Assembly: GCA_044440125.1 (NCBI GenBank)
Contig: JBITAJ010000003.1
Span: 64,001-128,000 of the forward strand
Length of the DNA: 64,000 nucleotides
Reading direction: 5' to 3'
Origin: Sedimentisphaeraceae bacterium JB056
Lineage (GTDB): Bacteria > Planctomycetota > Phycisphaerae > Sedimentisphaerales > Sedimentisphaeraceae
Both the position numbers and the translations under genes were made by a program. The notes beneath the pieces were generated by a model. The model saw only the letters and a program-made list of their open reading frames with translations, made no database searches and was not told the origin of the DNA. Positions 20,259-31,300 of the stretch are shown piece after piece. How positions within the stretch are numbered: the first letter of the stretch is position 1; each line of letters opens with the position of its first letter.

Positions 20259-22442
20259 TCACTTTCCAATAGCTGAGACAACCATAAGTATTGCCAGAAC
20301 AACAAAGGCAAGAACTGTATACATAACAACACCCTTAATGTCTGTTTTATCAAACTTCTCGAATTCCCAGTCAGTATTGGGGAACATCTTTTTATAATCG
20401 AATCTTGAAGGATTTTCGTAGGAAAGAGCAACTTCCTTTTCATCATTTTCTTTGTCATCAAAAACAGGCGTTTTCAATCTCGCATAGAATCTGTCAAGTA
20501 CATCCTTATCCTCCGGCTTTGTAAGTTTTGAAACTATAAACAACACAAGGAATGGGAATAGTATCCTGATTATATAACGAATCGTTTCATTTAATGCATA
20601 AGGGTTCTTAGTCAGGTCAAATCCAAGTTTGTCCAAGATAATAAGCTCCACATTCACCATACCCTTGCCATAAGTATTGCCCTCTTCATCCATACCTAAA
20701 TCCTGCGTCCAGAAAACAGCCCTCGCAGGAACTATATATTCTTTATCGAACCGCTGGCCTACGTCCAGCATTTCCGGCTTTGCAACATCTGCCTTACCGG
20801 CTGCTGCAAGTTCTTCCCAAGTCGCAATAGCTTCTTCACGCTGCTCAACGTCAACTTCTCTGGCGACATAGCTGCGGCTGACAACCTTCTGCTCTGTTGT
20901 CTTACACATGTATTCACTGGTTTTCACTGAAGGTATCTGAGAAAGTATTGATGGGAGAATACCAAACAGAAAGAGCGTAATAAGCATTGATGCCCATGCC
21001 CCCTGATGATTGGCTCTACGCCACTTCATACCAAGCCAGAAGCTTGCCGCAAGCACTACATTGAACTCCCAAAGCATCTTCATCATATAAAAGAAGCTGT
21101 CAAAAAGATATATCATTCCAACTGCGCCTGCTATAAACAGAACACCGAAGAGACGTCCCGCCCAAATATAATGAGCCTGACTCTTGCCCTTTACTAAGAG
21201 AACGTAGAGATTGTTGGTTAAAAGACTTGAAACAGTAAGCATAAGACAATCAGCAGTACTCATAAGTGCTGCCATCAGACATGCGATCATAAGTCCAAGT
21301 AAGCCTAAATTAAGCGGCCCAAGAAGCTCCCGACAAGCCATACCCCAGATATAGTCAGGATCAACAGCCCTGTTGGCAAACAAGACTATTAAAATCAACC
21401 CTGTAACACCCCATATTATACAGACCACTCGCTTTATATATATACCGGCACAGAAACCAGCTCTTGCGGTATATTCATCTTTAGCCGAACCGCAGGCAAC
21501 AAGCTGATTGGGTTGAACAGCGACATTAAGAAACATCATTACGGCACTTGCCGCGATAAAATACCATGTAAAATCCAGCATTGCCGGTGAACCCCATAAA
21601 TCAAAGCTTGCCTGAGGAAGCTGAGACTTTGCCGCTTCTATTACACCAGTAATACCACTGCCGCCAAATACTTCATTAACCCGTATAAAGGCAAAAGGAA
21701 TAAGCAGAAGAGACAATATTATTATGCAAAATCCTTGAACTGTATCTGTAAGAAAAGCTGCTTCAAGACCTCCCATAACAGCATACAACAAGACTATTAC
21801 CGCTACAATTATTATCAGCAGATCCTCATTTATATAGGAATACATTATGCGAGGCTTCTCAAGACGAAGCTGTTCCATCCTTGCAATCTCGCTCTGACTT
21901 AACATTTTAACATCAGTCTTTTCGAGATTTTGGAGCTCTACCGCTTCATCGTATTCAAACCTCTCTTCTGCTGTAAGCTGATCTATAGGTTTTACAACTA
22001 TGGCAGATACCGTTTTACTAAGAGCAATAAAGCTGACCGAACAAACCAACATAAAAAACAATGAACACATAACTGCATAGAAAGCAGGCATCTTCTTTGA
22101 TTGATATCTTTCGGCAAAGAAATCGCCAAGTGTTAATGTACGCAATCTTCTATACCAAATACACGTTATCCAGTAAAAAGGTATGGTAAGGGATTGGGTA
22201 AATAAGCTCGAGAGCGAAGACATACCATTTCGATAAAGCATAACCGTTGTACCAACAGCACTGTCGGAAGATGTAGCCTGACCAAATGCTGCAAATGCCT
22301 GAACAAACTTACCGAAACGCCGGCCGCCAAGAAAATAGTCCTCTTCACTTTTTATGCGACGACTGGCCCAAACACCAATACCCAGAACAACTACAAAATA
22401 GCCAATAACAGTAATTATATCAATCAAATGTAATCCAAACAT
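20259..22442 (-). CDS. Sodium:solute symporter with large hydrophilic loops
   Basis: DYFLGGRRFG, FAERY, GGLEAAFLTD and AALMSTAD motifs; many hydrophobic helices. Confidence 0.9.
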   Translation of the reverse strand: MFGLHLIDIITVIGYFVVVLGIGVWASRRIKSEEDYFLGGRRFGKFVQAFAAFGQATSSDSAVGTTVMLYRNGMSSLSSLFTQSLTIPFYWITCIWYRRLRTLTLGDFFAERYQSKKMPAFYAVMCSLFFMLVCSVSFIALSKTVSAIVVKPIDQLTAEERFEYDEAVELQNLEKTDVKMLSQSEIARMEQLRLEKPRIMYSYINEDLLIIIVAVIVLLYAVMGGLEAAFLTDTVQGFCIIILSLLLIPFAFIRVNEVFGGSGITGVIEAAKSQLPQASFDLWGSPAMLDFTWYFIAASAVMMFLNVAVQPNQLVACGSAKDEYTARAGFCAGIYIKRVVCIIWGVTGLILIVLFANRAVDPDYIWGMACRELLGPLNLGLLGLMIACLMAALMSTADCLMLTVSSLLTNNLYVLLVKGKSQAHYIWAGRLFGVLFIAGAVGMIYLFDSFFYMMKMLWEFNVVLAASFWLGMKWRRANHQGAWASMLITLFLFGILPSILSQIPSVKTSEYMCKTTEQKVVSRSYVAREVDVEQREEAIATWEELAAAGKADVAKPEMLDVGQRFDKEYIVPARAVFWTQDLGMDEEGNTYGKGMVNVELIILDKLGFDLTKNPYALNETIRYIIRILFPFLVLFIVSKLTKPEDKDVLDRFYARLKTPVFDDKENDEKEVALSYENPSRFDYKKMFPNTDWEFEKFDKTDIKGVVMYTVLAFVVLAILMVVSAIGK

Positions 22443-22451
22443 TAAATACTC

Positions 22452-24065
22452 CTAAGAAGTTGCAATATTAACAAGATGGTTATCAATCATATCCAATATC
22501 CCCTCTGCATAAGGCTCATGAGGCATATGCCAATAACAGCCTTTATAAAGTGAAGATGAATACCTATTTTCCGAAAGACTAAGATAGTCTCGCCACAGTT
22601 CAATACATCGCCCCTCTTCTTTATAAATGATAAAGCGCCAAGCTTCCTCAATAAACCGAAACAGCTTCAACCCGTATTCTGCTGATGCATAAACATAATT
22701 ATACGTCTCAGAATCAGTAAAACTTATTGAATCAAGCTCCTTTAATGCCTGTTCCCATAGCTCCACAGACCTGCGTTTTTCATCCAACGCTTCTTCTAAA
22801 AGATTGTTTTCAAAAAGATACCGCAATACAGGCCCAAGCTGATTTATTCCGCCAAGCCTATCATCACGTGTCCAGTTATTTGTTGGTATAATGTTCAATG
22901 GACGATTCTTGTCAAACGCGCTGCAGTAGTGTCCTTTAAGCATCGCTTCATCACATAATTCAACAAACTTGCGGAAGCGTGCAGTATTATCAGCATCAAG
23001 ACCAAGATATGTCTGGCAATATTCATTGAAAATATCCAATTCTTCTCTTGATGTATCCTTGAACCAGCTAACAATAACATAAGCATTGAGCTTAGGCCAG
23101 AACTCATTCTTGATATAAGGACCATACCAGCCTCCGCCACGAGACCAACCGTAAAGCCCCTTTACTCGACTATCCTGAACAATATCCTTAAGCCCAACTT
23201 TTTGCTTTGTTTCAGGAAAACCATTTATGACTTTACCCATCACATACGAAGGATAAGCTCCTTTGCCCTCATACTCGCGCTGACACTGAACCTCGATTAT
23301 CTGATTATGCCTGCCCTTAGCAAGAGTTGGATTAATCTCTACATATCTCCAGAAATCAAGCTGAGTATGCTTGATCGAAAACAAAAGATTATCGTGTGGT
23401 TCAATATTATCAGTCACATCAAGATAATACTTCAAATCCGCATGGAAACGGTCTGGGAAGCAATCCCATGTCCTGAAAAACACCTTTCTGTCATGCTTAA
23501 CACAAACTTCCTCACGAAGGAATTTCAGAAGCTTTACAAACTGCTCTTTCTCTTCTTCAGAGGGCAAAGAATCATACTTCACAGCTCCATTGCCGCAATG
23601 ATAAGGAGTATCATAAAGATAAGTTTCACCAACACGGATAATAAAACCGTCTATCTCAGGAAAACGGCTGACAATCTCATCAAACATCACACGATGGATC
23701 TCAAGTGTAAGCTCTTTATCTAAAGACACTCTGCCTTGCCGGTCACAAATTCGAGAAGAACATTTTTCCACAAGTAATTTAGGAAGTACAAATAAGTCTA
23801 TATGATAATAGACGTCAAGACCACTCGCCTTGGCATGACGGATTTCTGCTCTGCGTTTAGCGGTGAAATCATCAAGCCATAAGCGTTGCTTTGAACCGGC
23901 AGGCCACAAATCAAGCCCAAGCTCATCAAAAGCCGTAACACAATTGATGTGCTTGAATACCTGTGAATTATAACCATAATCAGAAAGGTTACGGGAATCA
24001 CAGAAAGAAGAGACAAACTCTTGCTCACCTGGATTATGGTGCACCATATCAAAAAGAAAATCCAT
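22452..24065 (-). CDS. Uncharacterised cytoplasmic glycoside-hydrolase-like protein (distant GH67-like motif order)
   Basis: No signal peptide; DGFIIRVGE, FRTWD, KHTQLDF and EVQCQREYEGKG motifs; lies between GH38 and SSS. Confidence 0.45.
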   Translation of the reverse strand: MDFLFDMVHHNPGEQEFVSSFCDSRNLSDYGYNSQVFKHINCVTAFDELGLDLWPAGSKQRLWLDDFTAKRRAEIRHAKASGLDVYYHIDLFVLPKLLVEKCSSRICDRQGRVSLDKELTLEIHRVMFDEIVSRFPEIDGFIIRVGETYLYDTPYHCGNGAVKYDSLPSEEEKEQFVKLLKFLREEVCVKHDRKVFFRTWDCFPDRFHADLKYYLDVTDNIEPHDNLLFSIKHTQLDFWRYVEINPTLAKGRHNQIIEVQCQREYEGKGAYPSYVMGKVINGFPETKQKVGLKDIVQDSRVKGLYGWSRGGGWYGPYIKNEFWPKLNAYVIVSWFKDTSREELDIFNEYCQTYLGLDADNTARFRKFVELCDEAMLKGHYCSAFDKNRPLNIIPTNNWTRDDRLGGINQLGPVLRYLFENNLLEEALDEKRRSVELWEQALKELDSISFTDSETYNYVYASAEYGLKLFRFIEEAWRFIIYKEEGRCIELWRDYLSLSENRYSSSLYKGCYWHMPHEPYAEGILDMIDNHLVNIATS

Positions 24066-24075
24066 TTAAATTCTT

Positions 24076-26874
24076 TCAGCAAATAATTTCATAGCTTACT
24101 ATTTTACGAGAACCAATACAGATTTCAATTTCTGATTTATTCTTTAATTTCAGACCAGAAACTCTTGTCTCATCAAGACGTGTCAGAAAAGCTTCTTTTA
24201 TATCAAAACCAAGCCTGAGGCTTGTTTTAATCGTTTCATCAGTAGGATTGTACATCCTTACAACAATACCGTCAGTATTTTCTGCCTTCTTGATACAACT
24301 TAGAACCAATTGTCCTGACGCTATTTCAAAGAAGCTCTTCTCTAAAGGAAGAGTTCCCGATTGTTTTGATATCTGCGATATCCTAAGAGGCACATTAAAA
24401 GCCAAAGACTCTTTATATGCGCCCGCATTTTGCCAATCACCCTCATGCACAAATATACCATAACGAGTTGTATGTTTTCTAAGCGACTGCGTACTGCCAT
24501 CATCAGGATATTCAAGCCAGAACCGATTATCACAAGGTATCTTAAGCTCAACACCTCTTACAATACTTTGAGCAATCAGCCCTGTATTGTGGTTCAGTAT
24601 TTCATAATCTCTCAAAGAATCATTAAGAATAGTCAAACCATCAGTATCGTCATTAATACTCATAAACAAATGCTGCTGATGTCGCCGAAGCTCAGAGCCC
24701 TGCCATTTACCGTCACGGGAGGCAGCAGTTTTATGTTTCTCCGTATTGAATACCTCTGTCGAATAAGTGATATCAGATTTTATACCAGATTCAAAGCAGA
24801 CTCGTAGAAAATGATCCTTAACCTTATTATCAACAGTTGTCTCAATCTCAACAACAGGGCTGTCTTTCTTTATAGTAACTATCGACTTGATGGGAACCAC
24901 TGTTTCTTCGCTACTTCTCCTGTTCTTTGCCTGATCAAAATATTTCGGCAGCAACATCTCTGTCGCAATCTCAAATACAGCAAGCAAGTCGGTATTAATA
25001 GTAATCGCAATACTCGCAGGCTTACCAAGCGTCGTTATCACCTTATCAATTTTAGGCGGATAGCATCTCTGCTGATTACCATTCTGCCCCTCATCTAAGA
25101 AGTAATTAAGTTTTTTGTACTGTTTACCCGTCTTTTTATTAAGTATTTCAAGCGTCCCATCAGAAGCAATATAGAGTTTAAAATACTCATTCTCCGCATT
25201 TCTCGAATCGGAAGCTATAGGAGAATGAGGAATATTAACCTTATCAAATCCTTCATGCGGATACGGATACATAGCCTGCTCTTTATAATTTATCTTAACA
25301 GTCTTATATCCTACTGCCGGTATATCTTTAACATTCAGCAGTAAATGATATCTGTTCACATATATAGGCATATTCCTGCTTCTGGGATGATACAATCCGG
25401 CAGTCTTAGTAACTCTTTCAAGTTCATAGCAATCGATCTCTGTCCCAGATGAATCTGTGAACACAAGATTCTCAACATTCCAATCTCGCGGTATATCAAT
25501 ATACGCCTCTACAACATCACTGCGGCTAAAAGAGCTTGGATTATAAACAATAAGGAAAAGCTCTGAATCATCACAACCTGAAGTATCTATTTTTGCGGTA
25601 AGCTTCTGGATTGAATCAGTCGCCAAATTTCCAGCTATAATCTTTGCCTGAAGCAACCTATGCTCTACACCCGCACTTAATGTCCATGGGCCAACTCCCT
25701 GTATTGAATCATGAGCGTGAGACTTGAACATCAAATTCAACGCCTTTTCAATATACGTATTGGGATATTGGTATCCAAGCATCCATGCCGCCGCTGCAAA
25801 AGGTTCAGCCTGACGGAACAGCATATTTTCTGCCTCACTGTTTATTTTCTGAAGTTCTGGATGTACAGAAAGCACATCTGTATGAATAGAACCGGCCGGG
25901 CCATCTTTCATATGCCCCGTAATTGTATCTATATCCCTGTCTTTTAGTAAAGGCTTTATTGCTTTTATGTAGTCTTCAAGAGTTGAATGGACTATTTCAT
26001 ATTCATCACCAAAGATTTCTCTGGCATGTTCAAGTATTGAAGGCGTATCAGGATGCGGCTCGGTAAAATCTGTACCATCAAAAAATAGTAAATGCTCAGG
26101 CACAGCAGTATCTTTTAATGTTGCAAGCGTACGCTCAAAACCATGTTTAATATTTCCCTCATGGTAACTGGTCTGCGGCTCAGTTATAAAATGGAAATCA
26201 GAGTAATTATCAGGCTCACAAAAATGAAAGCTCTTACCCATCTCGCCAAACTTGTACTGCCAATCCTTATCCCATGGATCACGGTCATAAACAATCGGAA
26301 TGTGTCCCGCAAAGAAGAAATTCCAGCGTGCTTCACGACCAAGACGAGTAGCCAGGGCTTTTGTTCCATCAGGACCCTGCCAGATAAACTCATCATATCG
26401 GCTTCGACTTCTATCCATATGTTTATAAAAAATAATGGTGTCAATACCAAAACCGGCATAAACCTGAGGCAATTGGGATATTTGTCCAAAAGAAAAGACA
26501 TTATACCCTACTTCCATCGCCCCGCCGAAATCTCTTGATTTCTTCAGCCCCGTCATGAGATTTCGAATCAAAGATTCTCCGTTAACAGAAGAGCTGTCAG
26601 CAAGAGTATACCATGGACCTATTTGGAGCCTGCCATTCTTAACAAGGTCTTTAATCTCCTCTGTTCGCTCCGGTCTTATCTCAAGATAATCTTCAACAAG
26701 AATAAACTGCCCATCCGGCATAAAATACTTGAATTCCGCATTATTCCGCATTATTTCAAGTAGATTATCCCACAACCGAACCAGCCACATGCGGGTAGTC
26801 TCAAAATCAAACCGGAATTCCCTGTCCCAATGAGTATAGGTAACTATATGAATCTTCTTTTTTGCTGTTTTCAT
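24076..26874 (-). CDS. GH38 alpha-mannosidase / mannosylglycerate-hydrolase-like protein
   Basis: HWDRE, DGQ, IGPWY, SFGQ.SQLPQ and HDSI.G motifs; no signal peptide. Confidence 0.9.
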   Translation of the reverse strand: MKTAKKKIHIVTYTHWDREFRFDFETTRMWLVRLWDNLLEIMRNNAEFKYFMPDGQFILVEDYLEIRPERTEEIKDLVKNGRLQIGPWYTLADSSSVNGESLIRNLMTGLKKSRDFGGAMEVGYNVFSFGQISQLPQVYAGFGIDTIIFYKHMDRSRSRYDEFIWQGPDGTKALATRLGREARWNFFFAGHIPIVYDRDPWDKDWQYKFGEMGKSFHFCEPDNYSDFHFITEPQTSYHEGNIKHGFERTLATLKDTAVPEHLLFFDGTDFTEPHPDTPSILEHAREIFGDEYEIVHSTLEDYIKAIKPLLKDRDIDTITGHMKDGPAGSIHTDVLSVHPELQKINSEAENMLFRQAEPFAAAAWMLGYQYPNTYIEKALNLMFKSHAHDSIQGVGPWTLSAGVEHRLLQAKIIAGNLATDSIQKLTAKIDTSGCDDSELFLIVYNPSSFSRSDVVEAYIDIPRDWNVENLVFTDSSGTEIDCYELERVTKTAGLYHPRSRNMPIYVNRYHLLLNVKDIPAVGYKTVKINYKEQAMYPYPHEGFDKVNIPHSPIASDSRNAENEYFKLYIASDGTLEILNKKTGKQYKKLNYFLDEGQNGNQQRCYPPKIDKVITTLGKPASIAITINTDLLAVFEIATEMLLPKYFDQAKNRRSSEETVVPIKSIVTIKKDSPVVEIETTVDNKVKDHFLRVCFESGIKSDITYSTEVFNTEKHKTAASRDGKWQGSELRRHQQHLFMSINDDTDGLTILNDSLRDYEILNHNTGLIAQSIVRGVELKIPCDNRFWLEYPDDGSTQSLRKHTTRYGIFVHEGDWQNAGAYKESLAFNVPLRISQISKQSGTLPLEKSFFEIASGQLVLSCIKKAENTDGIVVRMYNPTDETIKTSLRLGFDIKEAFLTRLDETRVSGLKLKNKSEIEICIGSRKIVSYEIIC

Positions 26875-26915
26875 TCGTTTTTCTGCCAAATCAATTTACT
26901 ATAGCTTAAGCATTA

Positions 26916-26944
26916 ATTATAACAGAAAAGAATGCCAAAAACAA
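26916..26944 (-). promoter_or_regulatory. Putative promoter of the GH38 operon
   Basis: TTGTTT-N17-TATAAT with an extended -10 TG. Confidence 0.5.
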
Positions 26945-27046
26945 TACTTATTGTAATTTTAATTATACTACTTGTATCAAAAACACAAATCAATGTATAG
27001 AAAACAAGAAATGCCACCTATTTAGCCCCCCAATAAGATAAAAAGC

Positions 27047-27075
27047 TTTACAAGTTGTATTAAATCCCTTATAAT
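27047..27075 (+). promoter_or_regulatory. Promoter of the GntR/LacI gene, overlapped by the palindrome TACAAGTTGTA
   Basis: TTTACA-N17-TATAAT; palindrome at 27049-27059. Confidence 0.7.
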
Positions 27076-27086
27076 ATGTACTAATC

Positions 27087-28223
27087 ATGGATACATTAAT
27101 CAAATACAATAACAAAACGAATAAAGTAGCCTACAGCATTCTTGAGGATATTAAATTAGGCCAATATCCTCCAGGCAGGTTTCTGCCGGTAGAAAACACT
27201 TTGGCTGACAAATACAACACATCCCGAATAACAATCCGAAAAGTATTGGGAATACTCGAAACGGCGGGAGTGGTAGAAAAAGTTCCTTACAAGGGCGTTT
27301 TCGTCAAAGAAGATTGCGACTTGGTTAATGATCAGGAGCAAAAAAACAACTCGATAAGCAACCAGATAACCATAGGAGTAATATTTGCCGGCACAGACGA
27401 TTCTTTAATAGTCAATATTAAAGACGGAATACGTATGTATTCAGAAAGCAACAACATCACCGCCCAGTTTTTTGCTTCTCCAAATGGACATGATGTGGCA
27501 TTGGAAACATTAAGAAACATACCAGATATGAGTATGTCAGGAATAATAATATTCCCTCACCCAATGCCGGAATACAAATCGCTCTTAAAGCAACTGGCTG
27601 ACAAGAATTACCCAATAGTATGTATTGACAGACACTTTGAGGATATTTCAATTTCTTCTGTAGAATCGGATAATTCCGGTGGGGCCTACATAGCGACCCA
27701 ATACCTGATTGAAAAATATCACCAGCCTGTGTATTTTCTCGGCCATTCATGCGGCGAGGAATCATGCACCTCACGAATCAGCGGTTACAAACTGGCAATG
27801 CAGCATTCCGGCTTTGGCAGCAAGCTGAACAAGTATATACGTCAAAGCAATATTAAATCAGATGACACGGCATATTGGCCACTTGAGAAAAAAACACTGT
27901 CAAACCTGTCTATTGCTGAAGAGCTACTTGATAACTGCAAATTCCCGGCGAGTATATTCTGCGTTAATGATTACGCAGCTGCATCCTTATACGAGATAGC
28001 AAAGAGCAAAAATATCGAAGTAGGTAAAGATATACATGTAATAGGGTTTGACGATGCACCTATCGCGAAATTATTGGAACCAGGACTGACAACAATTCGC
28101 CAAAACCCCAACAAGATGGGGCAAGAGGCAGCCAGACTTCTACATGACACGATCTCAACTAATCTCAAGAATCCAATCAATATATCCTTGCCTGTTGAAT
28201 TGATAACAAGGGGGTCTGCCTGA
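27087..28223 (+). CDS. GntR-HTH / LacI-type sugar-binding regulator (AraR-like)
   Basis: LPVENTLA..SRITIRK..KGVFV wHTH; C-terminal IFCVND, VIGFDD, LTTIRQ, LITRGS. Confidence 0.9.
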   Translation: MDTLIKYNNKTNKVAYSILEDIKLGQYPPGRFLPVENTLADKYNTSRITIRKVLGILETAGVVEKVPYKGVFVKEDCDLVNDQEQKNNSISNQITIGVIFAGTDDSLIVNIKDGIRMYSESNNITAQFFASPNGHDVALETLRNIPDMSMSGIIIFPHPMPEYKSLLKQLADKNYPIVCIDRHFEDISISSVESDNSGGAYIATQYLIEKYHQPVYFLGHSCGEESCTSRISGYKLAMQHSGFGSKLNKYIRQSNIKSDDTAYWPLEKKTLSNLSIAEELLDNCKFPASIFCVNDYAAASLYEIAKSKNIEVGKDIHVIGFDDAPIAKLLEPGLTTIRQNPNKMGQEAARLLHDTISTNLKNPINISLPVELITRGSA

Positions 28224-28252
28224 TCAGGCTCTTATAAAACAGATTTATTCAC

Positions 28253-28293
28253 ACAAAAAGCGTGTTGCCTATATAAGACAACACGCTTTTTGT
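28253..28293. terminator. Bidirectional intrinsic terminator
   Basis: ACAAAAAGCGTGTTG / CAACACGCTTTTTGT perfect 15-bp inverted repeat between convergent genes. Confidence 0.85.
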
Positions 28294-28311
28294 TTAACTT
28301 ATGAAAATAAA

Positions 28312-28350
28312 CAGACTATTTCTCGATTTTGAAAGTCGAGAAATAGTCTG
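28312..28350 (-). terminator. Second hairpin, likely terminator of the 28364 gene
   Basis: CAGACTATTTCTCGA / TCGAGAAATAGTCTG perfect 15-bp inverted repeat; TTTATTTT tail on the minus strand. Confidence 0.75.
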
Positions 28351-28363
28351 AACCAATAACAAT

Positions 28364-31300
28364 CTAATCCAAGAATTCTGTTGTCCCAAGGGCTTGTCCC
28401 GATATCCTTATATTGTCAATTGCGCCATTGAACACTCGAAGATTCTGCCATCCGTAGCCTCTCCCTACAAGAAAATCAGGCATAGAAGATGAACCGGAAG
28501 TAAAACCAGTCAACTCATCTTCTTCAGCATAATCGACAAACAACTCATAAGTTCCCGAATCAGCAGAATGCCTTATCGCAACATGATGCCACTGCTGATC
28601 AGTAAAATCAGTTGTGCTTTCAGCAATCTGTCCCTGTATATTAAATTTCAACGTACCTGCAGAACGATCAAACGTAACCTGCCAACCGCCTGAAGAAGTA
28701 TACCCCTTGCTCATGACAAATTCAGTAGAGCTTTGATCTGGACCATCACCGTCACGACGTATGAAAAACTCAATAGTTTTATCCTCACTCTCTGCCCACT
28801 GGAAAGAAGCTGAATTAGCAAATGTAATAGCATTGTTGGCATTACCAAACTTCATCGCCAAAGTATAGCTGTCGAGACCCGTAATATATTCAGGTTTACC
28901 GCTGGCCAATGTAACGGTACCATCCAAACTTCCAACTAAATCTTCAATCCAGCCGGAAGTACTGATTGCCGTACCGGCTGAGCCAAGAGTATCGGTTCCT
29001 TCCTCAAAATTATAATAATTCTCAACATCAGGTGTGGATGCAGAAAGTCTGTAATACCCAACTTCAAGCGGAGCAAGTGTCATAGTATAAGATGATGAGT
29101 CTGGAACAAGATTAAGTTCATCATTCATCATCCAATTTCTTAAGGCAACATCTTTAGCCTTAAAAGTACATGACGAAGTACTCATATTAACCGCTGTAAG
29201 ATACCATATAGAATCAACCTCGACACTCTTATAGAACAAACCTGACAAAGGAGCACCGGAAGTATCAGTAAGAGTAATATCTGGAGCAATATTTAGGTCG
29301 CAAAGTGTATTAGAAAGTGAACTCCACAAGCCGCTAAAAGTAAAATAACTGAATGACTGGTAATTACTGCTTACAGTACTAAACGGATTGCTCCTGTCAA
29401 AACAATACTCTTCTTTAGAAGCAATATTTGAGCCAACACCTATGATTTTTATATCATAGGATGAAGAGAGACTTACAATCTGACTGTATACTTCATCAGG
29501 AAGATAAACACAACCCGGCAAGATTATTACACTCAAATCAGGTATCTTTGTAAGCAATTCATTATCGGCAACCATCTGTTCTGTACAGGCTACAGTCTGA
29601 ATACCAGTCTGATTCATCGCCTGGAATGTATCAAGGACATAATCAGAATAATCAGGATACCTTAATGCGGATGTTCTTGAATAAAGAACCGCAACTTTTG
29701 CATCCTTTTCCCTGAACTCAACAATCTGCGGCATAAGTCTCATCAAATCCATACCGGTTCGGGCATACTCTTCAGTAGCTCCAGGCCTATTCATCCATAA
29801 ACCAAGAAGATCTGAACTCATATTTCCGCGATCTCTGCCCCATATCCATGCAGCCGTAGCATCCATTCCACTGAGAGCCTGAAGCCATAAAGCTGAACGA
29901 ACCTGTCCAGAATCCACACTGTCGGTATTATTATCATAAATAACATGATTTTCAGAATTTATAACCGCTTTTTGAGACAGATTTTTCTGCAGCGAAAGAG
30001 ATAAGGTACCACAGGCACCATGACGCTGAACACTTTCCGAAGAACTCGTATCCCAAGGTGCCAATGCAACATCAGTACCGGGTAAATCAGTTACTCGTGA
30101 AAGTAAATCAATATCGCTTCCCTGCATTACGTTGAACTGACTATAAAATCTTTCATTCTGTTTTATATGCGTGTATAAAGAACTGTTTGCGGCCTTTATG
30201 TAAGTCTGAAGCCATACTGCCCAGTCACTTATCCTATTATCGTTAAATTTCATCCAGTCATATAATTCAGGATAAGATGCAAACGGAGTTGAAGGCGGAT
30301 AAAGATATTTAGTGATACTGCTCCATGTAGAATACGACTTATTCCAGTTGGAATTAGCAGCCGAAAGGCTGTTATTATAGAAATCCTGCAGATAATCAAC
30401 CCATAGATCAGATGTATCCAAATCAGCATTCCAATTAAAATAGCACGGCTCATTCAAAACACAGCAAGACCACAGGCCATCCACTGTTGACAAATCTTCA
30501 ATCATTAACCTGGATGTCCAGCCGATTATCTCTTTCACATCGGCTTGATTAAGTGTATATTTCATAAATCCGCCAAGATCAGCATAGTAGCTCGGATTAT
30601 TGGTAATAAACCAGTCCTGTATCCAGTGTGGAGAGATGTTCATGTCGGTTACAATACCATAATCGTTTGCATCGCTTACTGCAGATCTGTAATGCCACAT
30701 TATTCCTGAATCAAGACTGCTCTGAGATGGATCGGCAGCATCCCATAAACTTTCCTGAGGCATGACGTATTTCGGACCTGTAAACAACTGAAGATAATTA
30801 CATCCAAGGTCACTGCCGATAAACTCTGCATCAGCTCGGAAATTTTGCTGCTCAGCACAGAATCCATACAAAAACACGGGTCTTGTTTCCTTAGACCCGT
30901 CAGTCCATTCTACCTGCTGCTGCAAGTAGGTACCAACAGGTTCCGGCATTTGAGAAACAACCCTTCGGGGAGAATCAACAGTTGAGTAAGTATCCGCTAT
31001 TATACCCTGCAATCTTGCAGTCTCTTCATCAATCAAATCACCAAGATCAGAATAAGCATAAGTCGGTAAATCAGAAACCTGATCTACAAGATCGTCAATA
31101 TAATAATCAAGAAACTTGTCTATCAAAGCTATACGCATAACAGCGTATACATCAAGTTCATCGGAAGCTTCAAGTTGATTAGCAAGAGACTTGAGAGTTT
31201 CGTAATCATCAACTAATGCTGCGTAACCTGTTGGAATACCGGCAAAATCTTCAACATCAAGAACAGACCTTGAAATTCGTAATTCATCAATTGCACCGAT

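Noticed and set aside
20255..20461. N-terminal extension of the 685-aa ORF, and similar extensions at 15251, 33337, 37592 and 58304
   Set aside because: Downstream ATGs give signal peptides, mostly with a clear RBS; some extensions overlap neighbouring genes or promoters
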